25,547 nt of DNA from an uncultured Oligoflexus sp. Lineage in GTDB: Bacteria; Bdellovibrionota_B; Oligoflexia; Oligoflexales; Oligoflexaceae. The stretch lies in assembly GCA_964236955.1 (NCBI GenBank), contig CAXSGP010000065.1, forward strand, positions 1 to 25,547. The letters run 5' to 3'. Positions 17,725 through 25,547 of the stretch are shown one piece after another. The notes under the pieces were generated by a model that was not told where the DNA came from, did not search any database, and saw nothing but the letters and a program-made list of their open reading frames with translations. The translations under genes were made by a program, and so were the position numbers. Position 1 is the stretch's first letter. Every line of letters begins with the position of its first letter.

Positions 17725-18225
17725 GCGCCAGCAAAACTTGGGCGCAGGGCACCGCTTTTTAGGGAAATCCAGTTATGAGAGCGCTGCCCCCATGATCTCC
17801 CGCCATCGACTGACTGCCAGGCAGGCCTTTGCTTGGTCAAGAATGTTTGCGGATTAGCGGCGAATCCACCCCTTCGCATCGCTCTTTTTAGGAGGATTTG
17901 ATGGGATTCGTGGTATACCTGAAGGAGTTCTGGTAGGAAACAAGCCTGTTTATAGTAATATTGAGTCGAGAAGGTTGATCTCTCAGTCACGATTTGCTGG
18001 GCTTTGGACCGCCTTTATCTTTGATTTTGGCGCAGCTACTTTTACCGGTGATGCTTTTAGGGATAGGACAGGGCGAGGATTCACCTCCCTATTCCCATCA
18101 GGCATCGCAACCCAAACTGTTTCGTATAGATTTTGCTTGCCGCCTGGATCATCCTGGTAGTAGCGCTATCTTAGCGGGACTTGTAATTTTTTGATCCTTT
18201 TCGGCCGTTATAATGGAGGGCAACA

Positions 18226-18570
18226 ATGGAAGCAATGGTCCGTGATGGTTTGCGATGGCTTGAAGGCATCGAAGACGGCACAATGAATACAGGGGATCTT
18301 TACATTCTCTCGCAAAAAATGGATCCCGTTTTGATCCATCTCGTCATTAAATTTTTGCGCAAAAAGTACCCAAGCATCAAGCCCGAAGCTGCAGCCGTCA
18401 TGGCTCGGCTGGTAGACCTTACGAGCAATTATCCTGAAGTCGTGAAAAACATGAAAGACGCTGAGAGCGATCCAGTGTCGGAATGGTTTACCGATACCTA
18501 TAACTTCGGCGAATTTTATACCAAGCCCGGAGACATGCTGGAGTTGATCGTCGAAAAACTCGAGAGCTAA
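18226..18570 (+). CDS. Hypothetical protein (114 aa, helical, cytoplasmic)
   Basis: Strong GGAGG SD 6 nt before the ATG, natural protein composition, and fills the gap convergent with smc. No motif recognised. Confidence 0.75.
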   Translation: MEAMVRDGLRWLEGIEDGTMNTGDLYILSQKMDPVLIHLVIKFLRKKYPSIKPEAAAVMARLVDLTSNYPEVVKNMKDAESDPVSEWFTDTYNFGEFYTKPGDMLELIVEKLES

Positions 18571-18600
18571 GGCCCCGGGCTTTGTCCCCGGACCCCAGCC

Positions 18601-21600
18601 TCAGCCTTCGGCCGCCTTTTGCCCCTCAACTTTGAAAGCTTTTTGAAGGTGAGCGGGCAGATCTTTCTTCATATCCACACCCACAACGGTTGAAACTCCG
18701 CCTTCCTGCATCGTCACTCCGTAGAGCTGATCCAAGACTTCCATGGTCCGACGATTATGGGTAATCACGATAAATTGAAAACGATCCGAGAGCGCGTCGA
18801 GCACGAGGTTATAGCGACCGACGTTGGCTTCATCGAGCGGCGCGTCAACCTCGTCCAGAAAACAAAACGGCGTCGGTTTGGTTTTTAACAGGGCAAAGAT
18901 GAGGGAGATCGCGGTAAGCGCCTTTTCTCCCCCTGAGTAAAGGTTCATGCTGCGCGGCTTCTTACCGGGCATCCGCACCATGATCTCAACCCCAGCGGTC
19001 AAGGCATCTTCACTCGTCAGTTCGAGACGGGCTTCGCCGGTGGGAAAGAGGATGGGAAAGAGTTCCATAAAGTTTTGATTGACGATCTCAAAGGTGGTGA
19101 GGAATTTTTCCCTGGAGGTCTCTTGTATCTCCTCAATCGCCTCCTCCAAGAGCAAAATACTGCCTAAAACCTCTTCTTTTTGCGCCTGAATAAATTCATT
19201 TCGCACTGAAATCTTTTCATACTGCTCGACCGCAACCATGTTGATGGCACCCATGCCTTCGAGACCGGTCCTCAATTTAATCAGTTCGCGCGTCGTCTTA
19301 TCCGCATCAAATTCCGGATCATCGACATGCGGATGCGACAGCAGATCGACCTGATATTTTTCCTGAGCTTGATCGAGCAGACTGCGGCTCACGGTTTTAA
19401 GACGTTCGAATTCGACGGTCTTCTTGGATTTTTGCCTTTGAATTTCCATCTGCAGATCCCGCGCTTCCCGCAGGCGACCTTCGACCACGCGCAGCTCCTC
19501 AAAGACTCCGGCGCTATGCTCACGGCGCACGGCCAGAGCCTCTTCAAGTTCTTCGCGTCGATAAATATAGACTTCGATTTCCTGCGTGCCTTGAATCTGG
19601 GTCGTCTCAGAAGCGGCGATCTCCTGCTCGACACGGCTTCGCTCCGCGTAGCGTTTGGCAAGGTTAGCCTGCAGCCGGCTCAGCTGCTGACGGGTCTGCT
19701 CCAGGCTTTCTTGAGTGCCCTGAGTCCGCATTTCAACCTTAGCCAGCTCGAGCTGGCGCTGCTGATGCACCCGCATCACCTCCTCGCGCCGCTCGCCGAT
19801 GCTTGAGAATTCATCCTGCAGCGATTCGAGCTCGCCCTGCTGCACTTCTTTTTCCTGCCCAAGCGAAATCCGGGTCTCTCCCAGTGCCTCGAGCTCACGC
19901 ATGAGTTCACGCTCGCGCTGATCGAGTTCGTTGATTTTTTGATCATTTTGTTTCATTTGATCATTGAGATTTTGCGACTGGTTCGTTAGCTGCTGCATCA
20001 AACCCATGGCTTCCAGCGTCTCTTTATTTTGCACGCCAAGGCGTTCGGCAATCGCCCGTAGCAGGCTCGTCTCTTCAATCTGCGCCCGATCGGCAAGATC
20101 CATTTCGTTTTGAACAGCCGCCAGCGTGCTTTCGCTTTCACTCAGCTCCTGCTTTAGGGCTTCGATATCACTTTTTCGGCTCAAGCTGCCTTTTGCGGCC
20201 GAACCATGAATCAGGATATCATCGCGGGAGCTGACCAGTAGACCCTGAGCGGTAAATAGGACGGTGCCTTGGGGCAGACTTCGCAGCTCCGCTTCATCAA
20301 TCGCCTCAGAATAGTAGAGGCGGCTTAAGAGTTCGCGCACCCAGGCGGGGGCATTCGCCTCGATCCTTAGAACGCTAAGACAGGAGGTGCTTTGAAAGCG
20401 CTCCGCCCAGCTCTTAACTTCCTGACGATCACCCTCCTGCCAAAGGCTTGCCACGGATAGGGGAATCGAAGCAATCTTTTCATCCTGAATGAGCAGAGCC
20501 AGCTCATGGAGCGCCTGGCTGCCCGAAACGACAATGCGGTCGGCCCATTTTTCAAGGCTTTGCACCGCACGTGGCGACCAGGCTTTGATGCCCTCCTCAA
20601 ACGCTATGAAATCCGTTAAAGTCCCAAGGATAAGGCTTTGGGTCTGGGGATGCTTTTGCTTCAGCCGCTGCAGGCCCGAACGGACGTCTTCGCTACTGAA
20701 TTCTAGCTCTTCGAGACTTTTAAGGTTGGCTCGCGCAGTAAAATAGGCCTCTTTATACTGATCGCGTTGCCCCGCCGACTCCCGCATCCAGAGTTCGCGC
20801 CGCTGGGTGCTTAATTCGAGGTCCTGTTTGGTCTGCAGCTCAAGGTCCAAGCCCTCCTGCTTTTGATTGAGCAGAGTGCGGGCGGTCTCGATGCGCTCAC
20901 CAAAGCCTTTGGCGTTGAGGCCCAAGGCCTCTTTGCGTTCGCCATAGGTCTGAAATTCGATCAAAAGGCGTTTGCGATCGCGCTCAATACTTTCGCAGCG
21001 CAGGCGATTGCTCTCCAGGAGATGCTCTAGATTTCGAACCTCCTCTTCAAGGTCCTGGCTGCGATTTTGAAAGACTTGTGCCGTTTCCTCCACCTGATCG
21101 ACTTCATCCTGAAAGGACTCGATTAAATCCTTGAGCCGCTCAAGTTCCCCTGTCAGGCGATCATATTCTCTGGTTTTTGCTTCCGCTGCGGCTTCGAGCG
21201 CCTTGAGGCTTTCCTCTTCTTCACCGATCTGGCTGTCGAGCTCGAGCATCCGCCGCTGGCCGCTCTCCAGACTCTTAAGGGCACTTGTGATGAAGGATTC
21301 CGCCCGTACGATCTGCTCGCGCAGATGGGAAATCTCCTCGCGCACCTGCTCAAGCTCGGGATCCGATTCGGCGAGGTTCAATTGCAATTCCTCAACCCGC
21401 GCCTCCATATGGGCCAGGTCGGTGACGGCTTTGATTTCGCTGTCAGAATCATTTTCAAGCTGCCCGGCGACCTCGAGGAGTTTGCCAGAAAAATGCCGGA
21501 AATTATGGGAAAAGAGTTTCAGCTCCTGCTCTTTCAGCCGGTCGCTTAAGCTTTTCCAGGCTTCGACCTTTTCCACCTGCTCTTTCAAGGCGTCAAGCTG

Positions 21601-22215
21601 GGCCACGAGCTCGCGGGTCAGGTCGTCGATGCGTTTAAGGTTTTCTTGGGTATTTTCCAGCTTTTTCTGCGCCGCCTGCTGCCGCGATTTAAAGATCAGG
21701 GTGCCCGCCGCTTCTTCAAGAATCTCCCGCACGTCTTCGGGTTTGGCGTTAAGGATACGATCGACCTGCCCCTGCTGGATCATCGAATAACTGCGGCCAC
21801 CTAAGCCGGTCGTCGCAAAAAAACTGACGATATCCTTGAGGCGACAGGGTTTTTTATTGATTAAGTATTCCCGCTCGCCATCGATATAGAGGCGGCGCGT
21901 CAGGGCGATTTCGGCTTCGTGGCGATACTCGGGCGGGCAAAATGAGCTGCCCTCTCGATTATCAAAGACCAGGGTAACCTCGGCCATGCCAAGCGCCTTA
22001 CGCTTGTCGGAGCCGGCAAAGATAATATCGGTCGCCACCTCACCACGCAGATACTTGGCGTTCTGTTCACCCATGACCCACCGAACGGCATCAATGACGT
22101 TCGATTTGCCCGAACCGTTTGGTCCGACGATTCCAGTGATGCCCTCGTCAAAGTTTAGGGTGACCTTGTCGGCGAAGGATTTAAATCCTGAAACGATGAG
22201 CTTTTTCAGATGCAT
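18601..22215 (-). CDS. smc: Chromosome segregation protein SMC
   Basis: 1204 aa; GFKSFAD, Walker A GPNGSGKSN, Q-loop IQQG, two long coiled coils around a hinge, signature SGGE, Walker B/D-loop FCFLDEVDAPLD and H-loop ITHN. Confidence 0.96.
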   Translation of the reverse strand: MHLKKLIVSGFKSFADKVTLNFDEGITGIVGPNGSGKSNVIDAVRWVMGEQNAKYLRGEVATDIIFAGSDKRKALGMAEVTLVFDNREGSSFCPPEYRHEAEIALTRRLYIDGEREYLINKKPCRLKDIVSFFATTGLGGRSYSMIQQGQVDRILNAKPEDVREILEEAAGTLIFKSRQQAAQKKLENTQENLKRIDDLTRELVAQLDALKEQVEKVEAWKSLSDRLKEQELKLFSHNFRHFSGKLLEVAGQLENDSDSEIKAVTDLAHMEARVEELQLNLAESDPELEQVREEISHLREQIVRAESFITSALKSLESGQRRMLELDSQIGEEEESLKALEAAAEAKTREYDRLTGELERLKDLIESFQDEVDQVEETAQVFQNRSQDLEEEVRNLEHLLESNRLRCESIERDRKRLLIEFQTYGERKEALGLNAKGFGERIETARTLLNQKQEGLDLELQTKQDLELSTQRRELWMRESAGQRDQYKEAYFTARANLKSLEELEFSSEDVRSGLQRLKQKHPQTQSLILGTLTDFIAFEEGIKAWSPRAVQSLEKWADRIVVSGSQALHELALLIQDEKIASIPLSVASLWQEGDRQEVKSWAERFQSTSCLSVLRIEANAPAWVRELLSRLYYSEAIDEAELRSLPQGTVLFTAQGLLVSSRDDILIHGSAAKGSLSRKSDIEALKQELSESESTLAAVQNEMDLADRAQIEETSLLRAIAERLGVQNKETLEAMGLMQQLTNQSQNLNDQMKQNDQKINELDQRERELMRELEALGETRISLGQEKEVQQGELESLQDEFSSIGERREEVMRVHQQRQLELAKVEMRTQGTQESLEQTRQQLSRLQANLAKRYAERSRVEQEIAASETTQIQGTQEIEVYIYRREELEEALAVRREHSAGVFEELRVVEGRLREARDLQMEIQRQKSKKTVEFERLKTVSRSLLDQAQEKYQVDLLSHPHVDDPEFDADKTTRELIKLRTGLEGMGAINMVAVEQYEKISVRNEFIQAQKEEVLGSILLLEEAIEEIQETSREKFLTTFEIVNQNFMELFPILFPTGEARLELTSEDALTAGVEIMVRMPGKKPRSMNLYSGGEKALTAISLIFALLKTKPTPFCFLDEVDAPLDEANVGRYNLVLDALSDRFQFIVITHNRRTMEVLDQLYGVTMQEGGVSTVVGVDMKKDLPAHLQKAFKVEGQKAAEG

Positions 22216-22319
22216 CGCAAATTATCCCTTAGATGACTGGCGCTGGAGCGAGCTCGTGGGCGGTCTCTGGGAGATCCTTTAATCCGCCTTAGATAGGAGC
22301 CGCGGGCCCCCGGGGACTT

Positions 22320-23846
22320 CTATTCGATGCGTATCGGCGTCTGATCCTTGATGCTGGCGCTCGGCCGGGCATCGAAGAGGAATAAAGAGTTCCCATAGAA
22401 GGATGAGGTTAAGGCTTTGCCCAAGCTTGGACTCAAGGCGATTTGATAGTAGGAAGCATGAAAGTCAGTCGAATCCTTGCTCGATGGCACTTCGTGTTCG
22501 GCGCCGGGTCCGTCGAGCAGTTTTCTGGTGACTGAATAAAAGGGAGCGCCGGCGTAAAAGATGAGATCGCGAAAGGAATTCACGAGCAGCATCGGCTCGC
22601 CATCGAGGGTGCCCAGCTCAAAATCGCCGGGATAGCGCCCACGATTGTCACGATCGATGGCATAACCATAGACACGATTGACCTGAAAGATTTGCTCGAA
22701 GCTAGAGCTATTGGCCGCAGCCAAGGCCGCTTCGTTAACCTGAATGCGCAGAACATTGTTGCTTTCCGAGCCGTAGTCGCCGCGCTGGGAGAGATAAAAT
22801 ACATTAAGGTCGTTTTCGATGCCGATCTTGGCTTCCCAAAAGTTGGTGCGGAAACGATGAAAATTCGGCTGCACGATCTGTTCGGCGACGGTGGCCTGGC
22901 CGTCGGCCTCGAACAGGTTAAAGGAGATATAGTGCAGTTCGAGATTGCTGAGCGAGGGCTTGGTATAAGACCCCGGCCCGATAAAACGGAACGTTGAATA
23001 CGCCGGCGAGCCTTCCGGCTGTGGCTCTTTCGAAGCCGCTTCCTCATCGCTCACGGGATAGATAAACATCTGATAGGGGGAAAACGCCGCCCAACGCCGA
23101 CGAGCCGATTCGGTCAGCTCAAAGGCATCGGGAATGCCATTGGCGAGCTTGACAACCGTATCGCTAGTCGGGTCATAGGTCTGGCTGTCTTCGAGAGTTT
23201 CATCCGTATAGTCCTGGGTATCGATATCGGTGGGAAAGCCGAAGAGCTTGGTGCTGGTTCCCGATTCGTGGAAATAGAGGGCGCGGCGCTCGTAAGCGTA
23301 GGAGCGCACCAGATCGAAGGTCATCGGGGCCGCTGCCGCATTGCGCGGATTTTTGCCCATATAGAGATTGCCGTTGACGCAGCTGACCGCAAAGTAGGGC
23401 TGAGTGGGAGCCAGGATTGCATTGAGAGGCAGACAATCGATTTTGCGTGAAGCGAGCAGCGAGGGTTCCCGTTCGTTGGCAATATCCCAGATCTCGATCA
23501 TGCCTGCGTGCTTAGCTTCGGGATCGGCATAGGAGACGAGCATCAGATTCTGGCTGATATGAAGCGAGCGGCCCATGCGTGGGGTCGCCAGGGATTTAAG
23601 CTTTTGATGACCCTCGGCAGCCGAGGGATCAATGATAAGGATGGAACCTTTATCGTAGCGCCGTTCATAATCGGAATTCAGAACGTAAAAATAACTGCCG
23701 CTTGGCGACGTGGCAATATCTACGGCACCTGAAAGTCGGTCGCCCAGCGCCGGGAGCTTTTCGTCGACTTTGCACGAGAGTGCGCTCACCCATAGAAAAG
23801 AACAAAGACCTAAGATCTTCGAAAACTTCGTAAGTATCATTATCAA
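22320..23846 (-). CDS. Hypothetical lipoprotein, possibly beta-propeller
   Basis: 508 aa; lipobox-like ALSC after a hydrophobic stretch; blade-like motifs DIATSPSGSYFYVLNS and IALSPSLGKALTSSF..NSLFLFD. Start TTG 23846 or ATG 23840 after GGGAG. Confidence 0.7.
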   Translation of the reverse strand: MIMILTKFSKILGLCSFLWVSALSCKVDEKLPALGDRLSGAVDIATSPSGSYFYVLNSDYERRYDKGSILIIDPSAAEGHQKLKSLATPRMGRSLHISQNLMLVSYADPEAKHAGMIEIWDIANEREPSLLASRKIDCLPLNAILAPTQPYFAVSCVNGNLYMGKNPRNAAAAPMTFDLVRSYAYERRALYFHESGTSTKLFGFPTDIDTQDYTDETLEDSQTYDPTSDTVVKLANGIPDAFELTESARRRWAAFSPYQMFIYPVSDEEAASKEPQPEGSPAYSTFRFIGPGSYTKPSLSNLELHYISFNLFEADGQATVAEQIVQPNFHRFRTNFWEAKIGIENDLNVFYLSQRGDYGSESNNVLRIQVNEAALAAANSSSFEQIFQVNRVYGYAIDRDNRGRYPGDFELGTLDGEPMLLVNSFRDLIFYAGAPFYSVTRKLLDGPGAEHEVPSSKDSTDFHASYYQIALSPSLGKALTSSFYGNSLFLFDARPSASIKDQTPIRIE

Positions 23847-23945
23847 AATACTCCCTGAGAGTGCAGCAAAGGCGACAGTACTTTATGGCACGGTTGACCT
23901 TTTCCAACTCTGGTAATTTCTCCTTGTGACTCAGTCACGAGCTTA

Positions 23946-23975
23946 GTTATAACCACTGCTGGGCTTGGCGTCCAA
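23946..23975 (-). promoter_or_regulatory. Candidate sigma70 promoter for the lipoprotein-smc unit
   Basis: Minus strand TTGGAC-18 nt-TATAAC, about 100 nt upstream of the lipoprotein start. Confidence 0.3.
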
Positions 23976-24034
23976 TCCAAGATACAAGCATATAATCTGG
24001 CCACAAACATCCTGTAATGAGAAAGGCGCGCCTC

Positions 24035-24484
24035 ATGGCTTCCGTCAATAAAGTTATTCTGATAGGCAAACTGGGCCGTGACCCAGAGATGCGTCATACT
24101 CCAAGTGGTGCCGCTGTTTGCACGCTCAACCTGGCGACAACAGAGACCTGGAATGACAATGGCAACAAGCAAGAACGTACCGAATGGCACCGTGTTATCG
24201 TCTGGGGCAAGCAGGCCGAGAATTGCGCGAAGTACCTCGCTAAGGGCCGCGCAGCCTTTGTCGAAGGCCGTCTGCAAACGCGTAGCTGGGATGACAAAGA
24301 CGGTCAAAAGCGTTATGCGACCGAGATCGTCGCTCAAACAGTTCAGTTTTTGGGTGGCAATGCCGGCGCTCAAAGAGATGAGGGCAGCCCGCTTTCTCAT
24401 TTCAACCCTCCGCCATCGGAGCCGGCTTCGGATAGCGTCTTTGGCAGCCACAACTCATCAAGCCTTGATGACATCCCGTTTTGA
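24035..24484 (+). CDS. ssb: Single-stranded DNA-binding protein
   Basis: [41 protein letters not shown] and acidic tip DDIPF; start placed at ATG 24035. Confidence 0.97.
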   Translation: MASVNKVILIGKLGRDPEMRHTPSGAAVCTLNLATTETWNDNGNKQERTEWHRVIVWGKQAENCAKYLAKGRAAFVEGRLQTRSWDDKDGQKRYATEIVAQTVQFLGGNAGAQRDEGSPLSHFNPPPSEPASDSVFGSHNSSSLDDIPF

Positions 24485-24503
24485 CATCTTTTAGATAAGA
24501 TTC

Positions 24504-24553
24504 AAAAAAAAACGCCTCCCATTATCAGCGATGATCAGGGGGCGTTTTCTTTT
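24504..24553. terminator. Bidirectional terminator-like hairpin after ssb
   Basis: A9-CGCCTCC...GGGGGCG-TTTTCTTTT with an inner ATTATC/GATGAT stem; A tract on one side and T tract on the other. Confidence 0.7.
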
Positions 24554-24597
24554 CGAGAACAGAACTGAACTGGCGCTGCGCGTGGGGCGTTGGACAT

Positions 24598-24624
24598 AAA
24601 AAAGACTGCCCGCTAAGGCAGCCC
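24598..24624 (-). terminator. Intrinsic terminator of the beta-barrel gene
   Basis: Minus strand GGCTGCC-TTAGCG-GGCAGTC followed by TTTTTT, about 23 nt after the stop at 24647. Confidence 0.75.
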
Positions 24625-24646
24625 ACGGAAAAATTTTAATAGGCGA

Positions 24647-25534
24647 TCAAAACCGGATCCCTGCCGCCCCGTGAAGAGTCAAAAGGTTTTCAAAACCCTG
24701 ATCGGTTCCCAGCAGGGTCATGTTACGGATATAGACTTTGACAAAGAAAATTTTGCCAAAGTGAAACTTCTGGCCAATCCCAAGATTGAGCAGCACGTTG
24801 CCCTGATCCTTTGGAATGGGCCGGCCGCCGATGCCGTAGGAATTGGTATCCGTTACCGACGCCCCAATCTTATTGTTCGTCGCCGCCGCGATCACGGGAT
24901 CATTGGTGGCAGGATCGATATAGGTTCCGCGCGGAACATTGCCGTTTTCAAGGGTTTCTCGCTTTTCATAGAACTTGGAAGCGGCAAATCCCAGGCCAAG
25001 CTCCACAAAAAGATCGAAGTAGCTGGTCGAACTTTTAAGGAAGAGCTGCTTGCCATAGACGGGCGCCCACACCACGTTGGCCATCACCACCTGTTGAATT
25101 TCTCGAATCGGCACATAGGCCGGTCCATAGCGTGGAAAGCCGTCGTTGTTGACCGTATCGGCGCCAGCGAGGAGGCCAGGCTCCCCACACGCGACACCAA
25201 CCTCATTGCTCGGATCAAAGTAAAAGCTCTCGATGCAGGTCCGTTCAGCCTTGTCCGAATTTTGGCCAATGGCACCGCTGAAGCTAAAGCCGAGATTCTC
25301 CGAGAGGAAGTAGGTGAGCGACCCACCAAGGAGCAAGGTGTTGATATAGGATTGGTTCATGATGATGCCAACATCTGGCAGACTCAGCTCGAAACGCTCC
25401 GATTTGGGGTACAGTTTCCCCATAACGACTTCTTTGCCTTCCGTCGCTTTCTTATAATCAGCAGCTTCCAGGGGCGACTGAGAGAGAGCACACAGTGAGA
25501 CAACAAGCCACAAGAAATGCCGATTCAAGCGCAT
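24647..25534 (-). CDS. Outer-membrane beta-barrel protein, TIGR04565/GltA-GltB-GltH-like
   Basis: Signal peptide, KLYPKSERFELS, WAPVYGK, YFDLFVELGLG, LGIGQKFHF and terminal Phe match the pattern I recall for Myxococcota/Bdellovibrionota barrels; AAGGA upstream of the ATG. Confidence 0.75.
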   Translation of the reverse strand: MRLNRHFLWLVVSLCALSQSPLEAADYKKATEGKEVVMGKLYPKSERFELSLPDVGIIMNQSYINTLLLGGSLTYFLSENLGFSFSGAIGQNSDKAERTCIESFYFDPSNEVGVACGEPGLLAGADTVNNDGFPRYGPAYVPIREIQQVVMANVVWAPVYGKQLFLKSSTSYFDLFVELGLGFAASKFYEKRETLENGNVPRGTYIDPATNDPVIAAATNNKIGASVTDTNSYGIGGRPIPKDQGNVLLNLGIGQKFHFGKIFFVKVYIRNMTLLGTDQGFENLLTLHGAAGIRF

Positions 25535-25547
25535 GCAGGTAGTCCTT

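Noticed and set aside
17721..18194. Short ORFs of 61-89 aa in the rfaD downstream gap
   Set aside because: No convincing SD or protein-like features, and they overlap each other.
18209..18214. TATAAT just before the SD of the 114-aa gene
   Set aside because: No -35 at proper spacing, and the implied start site would fall downstream of the SD.
18571..18600. GC-rich hairpin CCGGG/CCCGG sharing GTCCCCGG with the smc upstream spacer, as a REP-like repeat
   Set aside because: Only an 8-bp match in two places; insufficient to call a repeat family.
23886..23901. TGGCACGG sigma54-like -24 box upstream of ssb
   Set aside because: No TTGC-like -12 element at the required spacing.
23843..24451. 202-aa minus-strand ORF
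   Set aside because: Antisense to the clearly conserved ssb.
24671..25498. 275-aa plus-strand ORF
   Set aside because: Antisense shadow of the beta-barrel gene; the minus-strand protein has a signal peptide, family motifs and a terminator.

Overview
Bacterial chromosomal window of mostly conserved genes; the gene set (TIGR04565-type outer-membrane barrel, style of the flagellar cluster) suggests Bdellovibrionota/Oligoflexia or a related delta-like lineage, which is an inference. Positions 48-13086 are one minus-strand flagellar export/switch/regulatory cluster: fliL-fliM-fliN-fliO-fliP-fliQ-fliR-flhB-flhA-flhF-flhG-fliA-cheY, a degenerate PilZ-like gene and a DUF2802-like gene, with a candidate sigma54 promoter upstream of fliL. 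The rest holds a probable beta-barrel protein, a lipoprotein cytochrome c, aspartate kinase, rfaD/hldD, a 500-bp structured intergenic region, a 114-aa hypothetical, smc, a lipoprotein, ssb and a GltA/B/H-like barrel. I see no mobile element, CRISPR array, tRNA or rRNA, and no clearly novel multi-gene system. Most interesting points: FlhF with degenerate GTPase motifs next to an FlhG lacking its activator motif, a His-Gly/charged tandem repeat in FliL, a degenerate PilZ protein after cheY, a nested beta-subunit start in lysC, and structured leaders carrying micro-ORFs. All assignments come from reading motifs by eye; no searches were run.
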